This document shows, in pieces, positions 26,828 through 40,900 of a stretch of DNA of 64,000 bases (the stretch's first letter is position 1; every line of letters begins with the position of its first letter). Location: assembly GCA_964016885.1 (NCBI GenBank), contig OZ024756.1:40114001-40178000 (forward strand). Direction: 5' to 3'. Below the pieces are notes generated by a model. The model did not search any database. It had not been told where the DNA came from and worked only from the letters and a program-made list of their open reading frames with translations. This DNA comes from Eledone cirrhosa (lineage: Eukaryota). Position numbers and translations under genes: made by a program.

Positions 26828-28110
26828 GTGTGTACAGAGACATACAATATTCCTCTCTCTCTCTCTTTCCCCGCCCCCTGCCTTATTGTTCTGATCATTT
26901 CTGTTCTGACTAGCAATATCATCCACGCCTCGGGTGTTATAGTCATTGGCCTAATAAATAATATACCCACACACACATACATGTATATACGCACAATAGA
27001 TAGGAATATAGATAAAGAAAGAAAGAGAAGAAAGTTTGTGATAATAAACAAGGGTATAACTGTAAGACCTGCCAAATAAAATAGTGACTTTAAATATCAA
27101 ACTAGTAGCTAATAGATATACTACAGACTTATTAACTATATATATATATAAAATCAAGCTACTAGCTTTAGATTTTAAGTCTCTAATTTTAATACAAGAA
27201 CTTACAAGAAGAAATGTCAAAGAAACTTCGACAAATCGGGGGAAAAATTGGAATATATTAAATATATAAAAATAAACATACATTTGTGCGAGTGTATATA
27301 TATGTTTGTGTAATTCATTTTCGCTTCTTTCTATGTATGTATGTTCCCTTCATTATATACGCACACACACCCTACGTGAGTGTGTGTGTGTTGAGTGTAT
27401 ATGAGGAAATTAAAAGAAGCACTTGCCGAAGTCACACACACACGTAAAGAGAACGATAGATTTGTTCACCACTTATTTTTATAACATATAAAATTTAAAA
27501 AAAGATAAAATACTAACGATCCGAGTGAAATGATTTTAATAAAAGCCCTTTAAAAATTAAAACATGTGAGAAATGCCAGATGGAGGCGGTTTGTCTAAGG
27601 TTACTAACAGACTAAAACAAAGAACACACCGAACCAATTCGTGTAGATAGATGTACGAAAATGATTTCAAACGGATTTTTTTGTCATCGATAACGATCTA
27701 TTTTTCTGTCTTTTTGGCTAATTTCACCTGAAATATATTAATATAGATTCTCTTGCTTTTTACGTAAAAACTCTGCTTCGACCGATAATTCTTTTAAATT
27801 TTCTTTTTATAAAAAATATCCCAGTGAAAGACGAATATTTTTATAACATCTATGTAAGGAGAGAAACAAGGTATTCTTTGTAAGGGTTAAATAACAAATA
27901 AAATATATATTCTCTAGTATTGAGTGATCGTTTAAAACTGGTATCTCTTACTATTGTAATAAAAAATACTATATATATTATATTATATTATATAAGGACC
28001 GTTTTCAAATGAAGGCAATGGATGTAACTGGCAGATTTGATGACGATTATAGGATTATTGATATTATTATTAGAAACGGAAGGGTTAAAGAAGTCACACA
28101 CACAATATAT

Positions 28111-28235
28111 ATGATTTCTAAAGAATGAAACAGTTCTAGTCCTGTAGAATCTCATCTATATTAAAACTTTTATACTCTGCAATGTATTGAGTACCTTACT
28201 TACTGTGGTTACCTCCGATTCAACCCGGAATAACG
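28111..28235 (+). mobile_element. 5'-truncated copy of the 11.4-kb hammerhead element
   Basis: AUGA U UUC-UAAA-GAA U GAAA CAGUUCUAGUCCUG UA GAA followed by the same flank (TATACTCTGC..TGTATTGAGTACCTTACTTACTGTGGTTACC) as 11420-11490; bounded by TA repeats. Confidence 0.7.
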
Positions 28236-29098
28236 TATATATATATATATATGAGAGAGAGAGACAAACTGAAGTTACAAGAAAGAAATAGAGATTCAAA
28301 CTCATTAGTATCGTGAAGTAATTACAATTTCCCCACCCCTATTTTTGGCTAAAGATTAATTAAGACTTTATACGACAAACAAAAATTTATGATAAATAGA
28401 AAAATTGTGAGAGTAAGGAGGGGGAAAATAAATAAACAAGCTGAAAAGAAAAAGAAAAAGTAAGACGATGATGATGATGATGATAATGATGATGATAATA
28501 TAAGTAAACGGAAGTATGTGAACTGGGAAAGTAAAGAATATTGTTGAAAAGGTGGTGGTGAAATTAATGGGAATTAAAGGAGAAAGAACCAACACAACCA
28601 AAGCACAGACACGCCGCTAAGACTAAAGACAGAGGCCACGCGTAAAACACAATGGTTAAAATGGGACACACACATTCTCCTAGTTCGATCTTTGAAATAA
28701 ATACATACATATATATATATATACATATCTACATATATATATATATATATTAATAATAATATATAATGTTATATATATATATTAGTAATAATATATAATG
28801 TTATATATATATATTAGTAATAATATAGAAGACTGTACACTATATATATATATATATAAACAGACAGACATAATAAATTGAAGTAAAGTGTTCACTAACC
28901 GAAATATGTCGTGAAAGCCATTGATAAAATAAATAGTAATTACAACGTCGAGGGGAGAAAGGGGAAAGTCAAAACAAAGGTATATATGTATATAGCTGTG
29001 TAACTACTATATATATACATACGTGTGTGTATATATATATTTATATATATATGTGTGTGTGTGCCTATGTATGTATATATGTGAGAATTTTGTCTCAC

Positions 29099-29200
29099 CT
29101 GACGCAGGCAAGCAGTAATGGCGTACGCATGCGTAGTCGGTGTGTGTGATCACCGGAATGTGTTCCTTCTCGAGAAACAGTCCGGGTATTACTTCGTTGT
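29099..29200 (-). promoter_or_regulatory. Probable promoter/first-exon region of the minus-strand ZNF gene
   Basis: Locally CpG-rich patch with the palindrome TACGCATGCGTA (29124-29135, NRF1-like) and CCGGAA (ETS-like). Minus-strand donor CAG|GTGAGA at 29098; candidate acceptor at 23676-23677 feeds the ATG exon. Confidence 0.4.
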
Positions 29201-31263
29201 GAAGTTAGATAGGTGGGGCAAGTTCCTGTTTCGGTGCCCTTCCAAAGACTGAGATCAATCCACATCCAGTTTAGTTTCGATATTAACTTCCATCTATTTA
29301 AGGTCCATCAAATATAAATAACTTGATTTCTATTATATAATTTTTTTTTTCATTCTAAAGCAATTTAGTCAACTGCTTTGTCTTCCCTCAAGAACATTAT
29401 CGTTGCTCAATTTCAATTATTCTTATTGCATATTGTCCTCGGGAACATTACCTGATTCACACACGGACAATTTATGCGGTTAATCATGATTTCTAATTTA
29501 GGCACAAGGCCAGCAATTTTAGGGGCGGAGAAATTCGATTAAATCAACTCCAGTATCTTACCGACCCACCCACCCAATCTCACACAACATAGGGTACTGG
29601 ATCCTTTTTCTAATTTATTTCCTGTTCACACAGCTGGAGCCCTTCACTCCTCGCCTAACTGTGACACTATTTCTCTCCCAACATAGTTTTTTTACCCCCG
29701 TAAACCACGGATATATTTCTACATTTATTAATTTTAAATTGTGTTCATATTCCTTCCCTTCAAATACCCACTTTTAATGGAGTGGTGTTCAAATTTGAAT
29801 GTTTATCTTTACATTTTTTTTTTTTTTTGTTTAAAGCCTCATATCCGTTTCCCTCTCAGTCGAGAAGCGAGAAAGACGCCTGATATTGTATATGTCAGTC
29901 AGAATTGAAGGGCTCCGGTCGTGACAATCCAAATGTTTGTGGCTAATCAAGAAATCATTGTTATTAAGTTATAATACTAGGGTTGATTTAATCGACTTTC
30001 CTCTCTCCACAAATTGTTGGCCTTGTTCCTAAATCAGAAATTATTAACCTGGGGTCAACTTTCAGCCCACCCCCCACTCAACATTACTGGTCTTGTGCCA
30101 ATATTAGAAATTATTATTATTCAGTTTATGTTGTTAATAGGGTTTGATTTGGAGAAAATTTACCTGCTATTCCTAGCATTGGGAGTGGCTCCTTCATTGA
30201 TTTGAATGAATTAACGCCTACTTTTCAATTGCTGAATCAAACAGTTGAATTGCACTTTGCAAGGGTGTAACTACATTACTAGTAGTAGTTATTTTGCAGT
30301 GTTATTACAACTTTCTGTACTTCAAATTCAAATCCTGACATGGCCAACTGTGCCTTTGATCCTTTTGGGCCCTATAAATTAAGTGTTGGCCAAGCACTCT
30401 CTTTCTCTGAACTGTTTATATAAAATGGCCATGACATATATATATATATATATATATATACATACACACAAGCAAACCCACCAAAACATTCATGACCACA
30501 CTCCTAAAAAATGTTTACTTGATCAGCAAGACTAATCTTTATGATGTGCCTCAAGAAAAATACTTACTCTAATGGTTTCTAATTTAGGCACAAAGCCAGT
30601 ACGTGACTTGTGGGGAGCGTAAAGTTGATTATATTGACCGCCAGTATTTAACTGGTACTATTTTATCAAACTCTGTAAGGGCAATTTTGACCTCAGAATG
30701 TAAAAAGTGAGAACATATACAGCAGAGCATTTGTGTGATGCTCTACCCATTCTACCAATCTACTGCCTTCATAATAATAAAGCCGCTGAAGTTACAATTT
30801 CCAAAGTGGCAAATTGACAGAATCAGAATGCTTGACCCGTTTAATAATAATTCTGGCTGATTACATTCTGAGTTCAAATCTGACTGTGGCCTACTTGAGT
30901 GGTAGACTTAATCTGCCATCTAGTTTAACACCACCACATACATACATAAACACATACACATATATATATATATAAACACTTTAGATATGTATTATTAAAG
31001 ACATGACTAGGTTCAACTTTTTAATTTTTATTATTTTTTCTTATAGCTTGTTTGGAACAACAACGTTCCTAAAACCATAATCAATGTTGCTAGATGTAAA
31101 AACCATATACAGACACACACACACACACCAGAAATGTTGTTTGAGTTCTTTCTTTGTGGCAAATGAAGACCTCAGATAACAGTGTAAATCTAGTAGTGCA
31201 TAAATGTGTCTATACTAGCATGGAATATTGATGTAAAATGGTGATGAGTACCCATCATACATA

Positions 31264-31363
31264 CAGGGTGTCCCCCCAAAATGTATACACACTTTGATTA
31301 CCTGTACAGGCAATATTTATTAGAATGCACAGCCTTTGCGTATACATTTTTAGGGACACTCTG
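31264..31363. mobile_element. Tc1/mariner-type MITE (copies at about 12730-12830 and 14926-14990)
   Basis: TA|CAGGGTGTCCCCCCAAAATGTATAC...GTATACATTTTTAGGGACACTCTG|TA inverted termini with TA duplication. Confidence 0.75.
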
Positions 31364-31962
31364 TATATATATATACACACACATAATAACACAGTACCCA
31401 TAAAAAATCATGGAGCTTGTAGTAAAAATATTAATTTGATAATTCCTTGTTTACATCATTCTATATAAAGGTGCACATATCCTCAAATTTCCTCGGTCTT
31501 CTTCCTCTCATCACCGTTGTATTTTATTTAAATAAATTACAATAATTTTATTCCACATTTAAAAAAATTATTATCAAACACATATCCTCTAACTTAGGAC
31601 AGATAGAGAGGTAGGTAGATAGATTGGCTGATAGACAGATAGATAGGTAAAGAGTTAGGTAGATGTATTTATTGATAGATATATAGGTAGGTAGCTATAG
31701 ATAGCTGTTCTTTGATGACTGAACATCCTGTCAACTTTGTTGAGAGAGGAGAGGAGGGAAGATATTAAATGACTAAAGTTATCAAGTTGTTGCCATATGA
31801 CACTTCATTTTTCTTAATGATTATATATATATATATATAATGCGGAGAAATAAAATTATGAACAGTTCCAACACAAGTACAGTTATTCCATAGCTTGTTT
31901 TTCTCTTTAAGATGGCATCACAAAATCTTCCATTTATCTCACAAATTCCTCTAGAATGTCCA

Positions 31963-34900
31963 CTAGATATATCCTTTATATTTGTAGTTCTTGCTGTATA
32001 TTGTGTAAATGGACTGAAATATGTGTTTCCTACTGTTTGGAAGAGTGGCGTTAAGATTATCAATCATGTGGTTGTTGCAGAACATCAATAGATAATACAA
32101 ACTTGAGTTCAAGATGGTCTGAAAAAGAAAATAATAAAATAAGTGAGAAAATAATTAATCTTTTTAATACCAAACTACCAGAAACTGACCCCTAGTTTTG
32201 TGGTATTAGCCCTTTTAACATCAACCCCCTGGCTCTATGATAAAAGTTGTTTTGAAGTGTTTATATCTATCTAAAAGCATTCTATCATAATTTCATTGTT
32301 ATGTTCCAAACATTAGTTAAATCTCTACTCTTAGCTGGACTGCACCCCATCATTAAGATGGTAAAAGCACTGCTGTAGAGAACAGCCAACAGTGCCCACT
32401 ACATCAGCCATTCTATCACAAGGCTTCAAGTATGATAGATACTCATATCTCGATTTGGCAGGAGAAAATGGCTATCCAGGAACAAAAAGAAAAAGAACTG
32501 TCAATTAATTTCTGGTTGTTTGTTGGTTATTTCCATAAACAGTGTCTTTTATTAGAAATATAGTAATGGAAGGATTAATAAATCTTACCTTTACAGCAGG
32601 CAAAAGAGTCACATTAGAATATGCCTCAATGAATTCAGCTATCAAATAATTGACCACATTGCTCAGCGCTGATTTATGGGTGGACATACTGTTGATTAGT
32701 CTGAAGGTAATGAAAGAGAAGGTGTGTTCAATTATAAGTCTAGTAGCTAGATGGTTATTTAATTATATTCTATTGTCAAAGTTCTTTCAACACACATTCT
32801 GTGACCTTTCCAATGACTATCCTTGCACTTCTATGTCTGCACATTGTTTTGACTTTGTTTTATTTACATATATATATATATATTATATGAATGAACGAAA
32901 AAGACTGCATTCTGCTCTTGCTAATACAAAACAAACTTACACACTGCTCTGAGTTACACACATCAGAGTTGTTACATTAAATTTATTTACTTACCTTGAG
33001 ACTAAATAAGCACAGTTACATATGGATTTTTCAGCAGATTTATTGTTGCTTAGTTTATTTTGGCTTCCTTCAGCAACCACAGATATTATGAGACGTGGGT
33101 TGGGTTAAGGAGAAAAAACAGACAAGACTGACTGTAACAAATATTGGATATCAACCATATAAAAAATAACCCAGATACATTAACTCTTTTGATACCAAAC
33201 TGCTTGAAACCGTTCCCGATACAAAGCTGTATATCTTAAGGCGTTTATATTTATTTTAAAACCTTCCATTACATTTTTAAACAAGAATCTTTGTTAAGTT
33301 ATGCTCCAAACATCAACTTAATAATGAGAGAGTTATTTAAATCTCCACAAATTGGTATCAAAAGGGCTAAAATCCAAGCAGTTACTTCTTAGAAAAAGGA
33401 TATGTTTTACAATGCCAAAGAAGCTTGGAAGACTATCCAGGATGATGTCTGTATAATCGGTGATCAAAACATTCAAGAGATCATAGACAGCGTGGAAAAC
33501 CAGCTCAAAGGTAGCGACATCAAGTTTTGAGAGAGGAACAAACTGACAGCCAAATAAAACATTTAACGCTGCCTGGGATGCAATATTCTTCTGAAAGAAA
33601 ACAAAGAAATGTTGTTAGATAAAAAATTATTAACATTTGACTTAAAAACTGGCAATTACAACATGGAAGAGTTAATTTAACCTTTTAGCATTTAAACTGG
33701 CCATATCCAGCCAGAATTCTCTCACCTCTTTCTGTTCAAACCGGTTGCTCATACTAATAAAAAGGCACCAATAAAATACTGGAGTCAATATGATTAACTA
33801 AATCCCTTCAAGGCTGCAGTCAAATGACAGAAGACAGTAAATAAATAAAAGAATTATTTAACCCTTTAGCATTTAAACCAGCCATATCCAGCCAGAGTTC
33901 TTTCACTTCTTTCTGTTCAAACCTGCCATAACTGGCTGCTCATGCTGATGTTAAGGCATTGTTCTCAAAATAAATAATATCAAAATCTCATAGATTCGAT
34001 ATTATGTGAGATAATTATGTAAGATAAAGCCTTTACCATGAAATTGTAATAGTAAATATATAGAGTACTGTAAATGGTAAAGGGTTAAAATGCACAGTTT
34101 TGTGTTAGGGTTGGTTTAATAAGAAAAGAGTTAAAACACTTTGTGTTGTTGTACAGCCTACCTTACAATTCAATATTTTCACTTCCAACTGAAGCAGTGG
34201 TACAATTACTTTGGTCACCTTCTTTATGTTGCAATGGCACTGCAGTTGTTGAAATATTAATTGGATGTTCAATATCTACAGATAGAAATTCGAGATTGAA
34301 GATACACAGCAACAATCAAACGACATAATTTTTTTACATTGATTTTCCAGGTTAGCATGTGTTACACGGGACTTCCTCCCTGACACCAGCCCTTTTAGTT
34401 GCTTCTTATGACACTCAGGTACAAGGTGTACCTATTCAAAACCAAATACACACACAGTAAATCTATATAATAAATGTACAGGCTTTTTTTTGTCTGCCTG
34501 TTACACAAACATTATGATCAGTCAGAAATGTTCGAACACATTCTAATAGAACCCAAATGTTAAAAATGTTCTAAGTGCCTTCTCTATCAATGGTGTTTTC
34601 TCTCTTATATATATGCATATATAATCATCATCATTGTTTTATGTCTGTTTTTTCCCCCATGCTAGCATGGTTCAGACTATATGTATGTATATATATTATT
34701 GGCACTGCAATAAAATGCACCCAGCCCACACGGTAAAGTGGTAGTGTTAGTCCCATGATAAAAGCACCCTGTCCACACACGGTAAAGTGGTAGTGTTAGT
34801 CCCATGATAAAAGCACCCTGTCCAGCCAGTAAAATGGCAGTGCCACAATAAAACAAACTCACTACATACTGTGAAGTTGTTAGCATTCGGGACATTAAAT

Positions 34901-37900
34901 AATTATCTGTTAGATTTTGATTTTAAAGGGATGGTATCACTGTGTGAGGTTATTGTCCCTTAAATACACGACATACCATTCAAAAGAGAAGATATCACTT
35001 TGTGAGGCTATTGTCCCTTAACCATCAACACATTTAATGCTATCACTTACAGTTCTCTGTAGGAGACTGCTGTTATCAAATACATTGTTTTCCACCAGAA
35101 TCTGAAGAACTTCAGTTGCACTTCTGATTTCAACAAAGTCATCCATGTCATCAACTTTCTAGAAATAATACAACAGAAAAAAACAACTCATTAGTTTCCT
35201 CATATGCAGCGGTTATGAAGGGCACTTGGTATAGAAAAACTGCCTACAAAATAGCCTTGTTCAATCCATGCCGACATGGAAAAAGCAAACATTAAAATCA
35301 CTGAATGTTACAGATATGTGTGACGAAAGAACTTTGAAATTATATTTATATGTATATTTTTAACTGTTGGTCAATCAATGATAAATATTGATTGCCAGCT
35401 AAATTATTTATAGAAATATAAAAATATATAAATATACTGAAGCAAAAACCAAACCAAACAGTGAATACGCTTTACTATTTTCTGGCAATGTTAGGACATG
35501 ACCCTCCCCAAAATAATAAACTTTTAAACAATTATGTAATACTAAACACAACAGTAATGTAATACTTACTAAACACAACAGTGTAATACTAAACACAACA
35601 GTGATGTAATACTTACTAAACACAACAGTGATGTAATACTTACTATACACAAAGACAATATCAAATTGTGAAGTTGAGTTTGGCGTTGTTCACCACTCAT
35701 TGCTTTTATAACAGATACTATGTCTGACTTTATTGCTGTATACAGATACTGTATGTAATGTTTGGAGTGGTCAGTCAACTGTAGTTGACCACCACTAGTC
35801 ACTGCTAATGCTGATGGTGGTGGTGGTGGTGCAGTACATGGTGATGTCGCTCCGTCAAACTGAAGACCAAGATCCGAGCTGTTGGATAGTAAGGCAAAGG
35901 CCACAGCTGTGTTGAAACTATTTATATGTGGATTCTCTGAAGCTGATGATAGCTGACTGTTGTGTGAAACTGCAGAGGAGGTCAACAGGAAACTGCAAAG
36001 ATCTTTCAGCCAATTCCAGAGAATATAACATTCTTCCGGAGAGCTGACAATATGGGTTTGATTCAAAGAGAAGTTGAAAAAATGAAGGGAAAGCAACAAA
36101 CTGGAAAAGTTTTCCTGGAAAACATGGAAAAAGAAAACAAAATTATAGATATAAATAAATATATATAAAAAGAGTTCAATGAAAGTTTTAACCCTTTGGC
36201 ATTTAAACCTGCTGTATCAGGCTAGAATTCTCTCACCTCTTTCTGTTCAAACCGGCCACTTATACCAACATTAAGGTATTGTTCTCAAAATAAATAAGAA
36301 CATCATCAAAATCTCATAGATTTGATATTATGTGAGAGAAAACCTTTACCCCCCAAATACAAAAGTAATGTAAATGCTAAAGGGTTAATTATTCTAACAT
36401 TAGGTTTACATTTTAAAATAATTTTAACATTGGCACATGGTCAGTAATTTAGGGGGATGGGAAAAATCGATATTGGCCCCTGTATATAACCGGTAATTTA
36501 TTTTTTCAACTCCGGAAGGATGAAAGGTAAAACTGAGAGTGGCAAACATTACCATAAACATTGTATAGTGGAGGAATGTGAAATGAAGTGTCTCGCTCAA
36601 GGATACAATGAGTATCAAGATTGTGAGCAGAACACACTAACCAATAAAAATAAATTCTACAACAAATAATAAAATCGTTTATCAATAACGAACCTTTATG
36701 TCAATGTTCTTCAGACAGCACGTGACGAGGTTAGGGAAGTTACCCAAGATCTTCCGTCCATCCGGTAAATTGTTCTGCGATCCTAAGAGGGATGTGTATA
36801 GAGCAAGCACACAAACTTCTATTTTAGAATCAATAGAAGCAACCATTTCTAGAATAACATCAGAAAACATCTTGAGATATTTGGTTGCTGCAGCATGGAT
36901 TTCTTCTCCTAACCCTTTCTGTTGTAACATCTGGAATGTAAGAAAAAAAAAGGAAAAAAAATCACTTTATGTCCATTTTTCAAAGCTGGCATGGATTGGA
37001 TAAACCTTTTTAAAGGCATTTTATGGTTGGATGCACACCCTTATTTTTAAATTAATCCTTTTGATACTAAACCACCTAAAACCTTTCAATCCTAATTTTT
37101 TGTAAGACCCTATAAATCAAATCACATAATGGCCTGCAAGGCTGACCCTTGGTTTAGCAGTGAAAAATGTCTTTAAAATTCTCATTGTTGTATATATTTG
37201 ATCTCTGGTTCTATCTTTCTCACACACATCCACATTAGTCTGACATATATTTGAACTCTGGTTCTATTGACACACATCCACATTAGACTGACATATATTT
37301 GGTCCCTGGTTCTATCTGACACACACATATTTGATACCTTGTTTCTATCTCACACACATCCACAGTACACAGACATACATTTGATCTCTGGTTCTATCTC
37401 ACACATATCCACTGTACACAGACATATATTTTATCTCTGGTTCTATCTCACACACATCCACAGTACACAGACATACATCTGAAACGATGACAATACAAAA
37501 GAAAAAACAGACCTTGCCAAGTTCCTCAACAAATTTTGATGCAAAAAGAAACTTAAGAGAGTATTTTCGCTGAATACATTCCATGGAATGGGAATGCTTG
37601 CAGATCCGGTCCTTAGCTTTTTGGAGATATTTCAATAGCTGTTAAAAGACAACAAGAAAATTGAGTAGCTGCGGCTTTAATAGAAGGTACAGTGGGACTG
37701 AATATCGAACCACATAGTGTTCTGAAGTGAACTTCTTAACCATACAGCCATGCCTATTGTATGAGAGAGAGGGAGGAGGGAGAGAGTCCAATGAAGGAGT
37801 GACTTACCTTCTTGATATAAGTTTCTAATATAGGGCAGTGTGTAAACTGTTGAAACATTGAAGATACAGAAGATGCTAGAAGCCTGTAGTAAGACAGCAA

Positions 37901-40900
37901 CAGAGTGGGTTCATTGTTGGAGTTCTATAAGGGAAGAAACCAGAGTCAAAGTTAGCTAATAAAATGTAAATATGACAGTGATAGTGGTTTCTGACAGAGA
38001 GAGACAAGGCCAGCAATTTAGGTGGAAGAGGATGAGGAGGAAAGTCGATAATATTGACTCCTGATACTGGTACTTAGTTTTATCAACGCCAGAAGGACGA
38101 AAGCTGAACTCAGCAATATCTGAACTCAGAATGTAGACTACCAGAATAGATACTACTATAGAGCAATCCCCACCGTAATAACATTTCTGACTTCGGCACA
38201 AGGCTGCTAATTTAACCCTTTAGCATTCACATTACTCTATATATACTATTATATTTTCATGGTAAAGGCTTTATCTCACATAATATCGAATCTATGAGAT
38301 TTTGAAAGTATTTATTTTGAGAACAATACCTTAACATCAGTTTGAGTGACCAGTTACAGCCAGTTTCAACAGAAAGAGGTAGAGAATTCTGGCCAGTTTG
38401 AACATTAAAGGGTTAAGAGAAGAAGAAAGTTGATTAAAATGATCCCAGTATTTGACTGGTACTTTATTGTATCAACCCCTGGAAAGCTGAAAGGCAAAAA
38501 TAACCTCACCAGTGATAACAACAACAATAACAAGTAATTGGTTGTATTTGAATCTATTGAGAAAGAAAACCAAATTTAAAAAAAGGTTAATAAGTCCCTT
38601 GCTAGTAATCCTTACCTGTTCTTGAATTTTACTGATGGAAGTTTCTAAAAAATTCAACACAATGTCAGGTGTGAGATAGTTGTATGTAGACATATTGTCT
38701 GAAGATGTCAACATGGTGTTAAGACAGTGAATGCAGTTGGTAACAAGAGAAAGTTTCTGGTCATTTGGAGATGTGCTACTAACTAAGTGTGAGTTGTTGA
38801 CACTTGGTTGGCAATCAGAGACATCACTGCAGGACACTACAGGGTACAAGCCCAAAATGAGACGGACTTTGTCATTTGGTGGCAGGAATCTGAGTGGTAG
38901 TAATTTCAGAATCTATAATGAGAAAGACATGAGGTGAACATATTTCAGAGTTAATCCATTGCATCCACACAGGCGCATGGCTTAGTGGTTAGAGCATTGG
39001 GCTTGCAATCGAAAGGTTGTGAGTTCAATTCTCGGACCGGGTGATGTGTTGTTTCCTTGAGCAAGACACTTTATTTCACGCTGATCCAGTTTACTCAGCT
39101 GTAGAAATGAGATGATAGGACCGGGGTCCCTATCATTAAATTACCCAAGACACCTCCAACGAGATATACCTTGGAGGAGGCCAGCTAAACCTGCATAGGT
39201 GTGAGCTGTCACACACTGTAAACACAGTTGGTGTTAGGAAGGGCATCCAGCTGTAAAATCACTGGTCAAATTTAGTCCTCATTGGAGCAAGGTACGGTGT
39301 GGCCAATTACATTAAAATATAGCAGGATTTGTTTTCCACACTTGTGAAGGTTAGAATGAAATGATGCAAGCATGATCTACTGGGAAACAAATCCTGCTAT
39401 ATTATGGATGATAAAAAGTTGTGAGGAAATAAAAAATTCCATCTGACTTACTTCTATAATGGCTGAAAATTTCTGAAAAAATTCCTTGCGTGCATCACTC
39501 TCAGGAATTGGTGTCTCAAATAAACTGCAAAGGACTTCCCCAACAATCTTCAATTCTTTAGACATCTCCCTGAAGTAAAATTTTAAAAAAAAAACATAAA
39601 GCCTGATATTTACTGACCAAAAATTTATATTTAATCCTTTTGAAATACACTAAAAATGTGTTTCAATTGATTTTGAAAACAAAATATTTGGAGATATTTA
39701 TTAAAATAACGTTTTCCGTTATAAAGATAGTGTCTAGTGCCAGAAACGTTAGAGGATCTGCGAAAATACTAACCCTTTGTTTTAGCTAGGAATATGGCCT
39801 TTAAATACTTGTGGTGTTGTATAGGTTAAGTGAGTGGCCTGGTGTGGAATGGAACCTAAAACCAGGTGGTTCTATAGCAAACTTCTTAGCCAATAATTAA
39901 AACAAAAACAATGTATATATATTAAAGAAAACGAAGCTGTCTTACTGATTGTTGGAGTTGTTCCACTGTAATTCTGAGTTTGCTAAAGTACTGAATAGCT
40001 GGGCAACCTTCTTTATGTCTTCAGAACTTAATGGCAATGAAGTACAGGTAGACAGACATAAAAAAAACAAAACAAAAGGAATGGCTCAGTTTCAGAGTTG
40101 AAACAGTAACAATAATAATTACAGAGGAAAGCATCACATTAACCATTTTGTGATTAAATTTCTGAAGAAATACACTTTTTCAATGTAGAAGTTTGAGGAA
40201 TTTATTGCAATTATTAATTATTTTGATTGAATAATTAATAATTGTAATGGCAGTATCAGTAGAGGGTCGGACGCCATGCTTTGCAGCATAGAATTACGTC
40301 CCTTTACAGTCTGAGTTCAAATCCTGCCAAGGTTAACTTTGCCTTTCATCCTTACGGGGTCGATAAAATAAAGTACCAGTAATGCACTGGGGTAATTGCT
40401 GGCTTTGTGCCAAAAACAGAAGCAATTAATTATTTTGATAGAAACCTGTAAAGGGACTTAGGGAAAATTCCTTTTTTTCTAAATTAACAGAGAGTGGTAC
40501 AGAAATGAGTTAGAGAGGGAATTCCCTTCTTTTTCTTCTTCATAATTCTTAGAGTAAACAAACACCATGTTTGTATTTGAGAAATATTTAGAAGAATTTC
40601 ATTATATCATTCTCTTCATTTGAATGTATGGACCCATAACTCCCGATAGACTAATAGGGTTACTGTTATGGGCCTCTTCAATCCCTGAGCCCATCTGGGA
40701 TGTGCCTGTGTTTTTCCATTGTCTGTCATATGAGTTGAAATTTTGAATTACTATATACACACACACATATATATATATATATATACACATCCACATGTGT
40801 ATATATATACACATATGTACACGCCCACATACATATATACACACACCCACATACATATATATACACACCCACATATATATATATATATATATATATACAC

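Noticed and set aside
38972-39050. tRNA gene candidate (also 16350-16420 and 25640-25685)
   Set aside because: Has A/B boxes but no acceptor stem and continues into SINE body sequence.
40625-40682. UUGAAGA followed by a 10-bp stem on the minus strand, hammerhead-like
   Set aside because: The stem is followed by CAUA rather than GAAA and there is no helix I or III.
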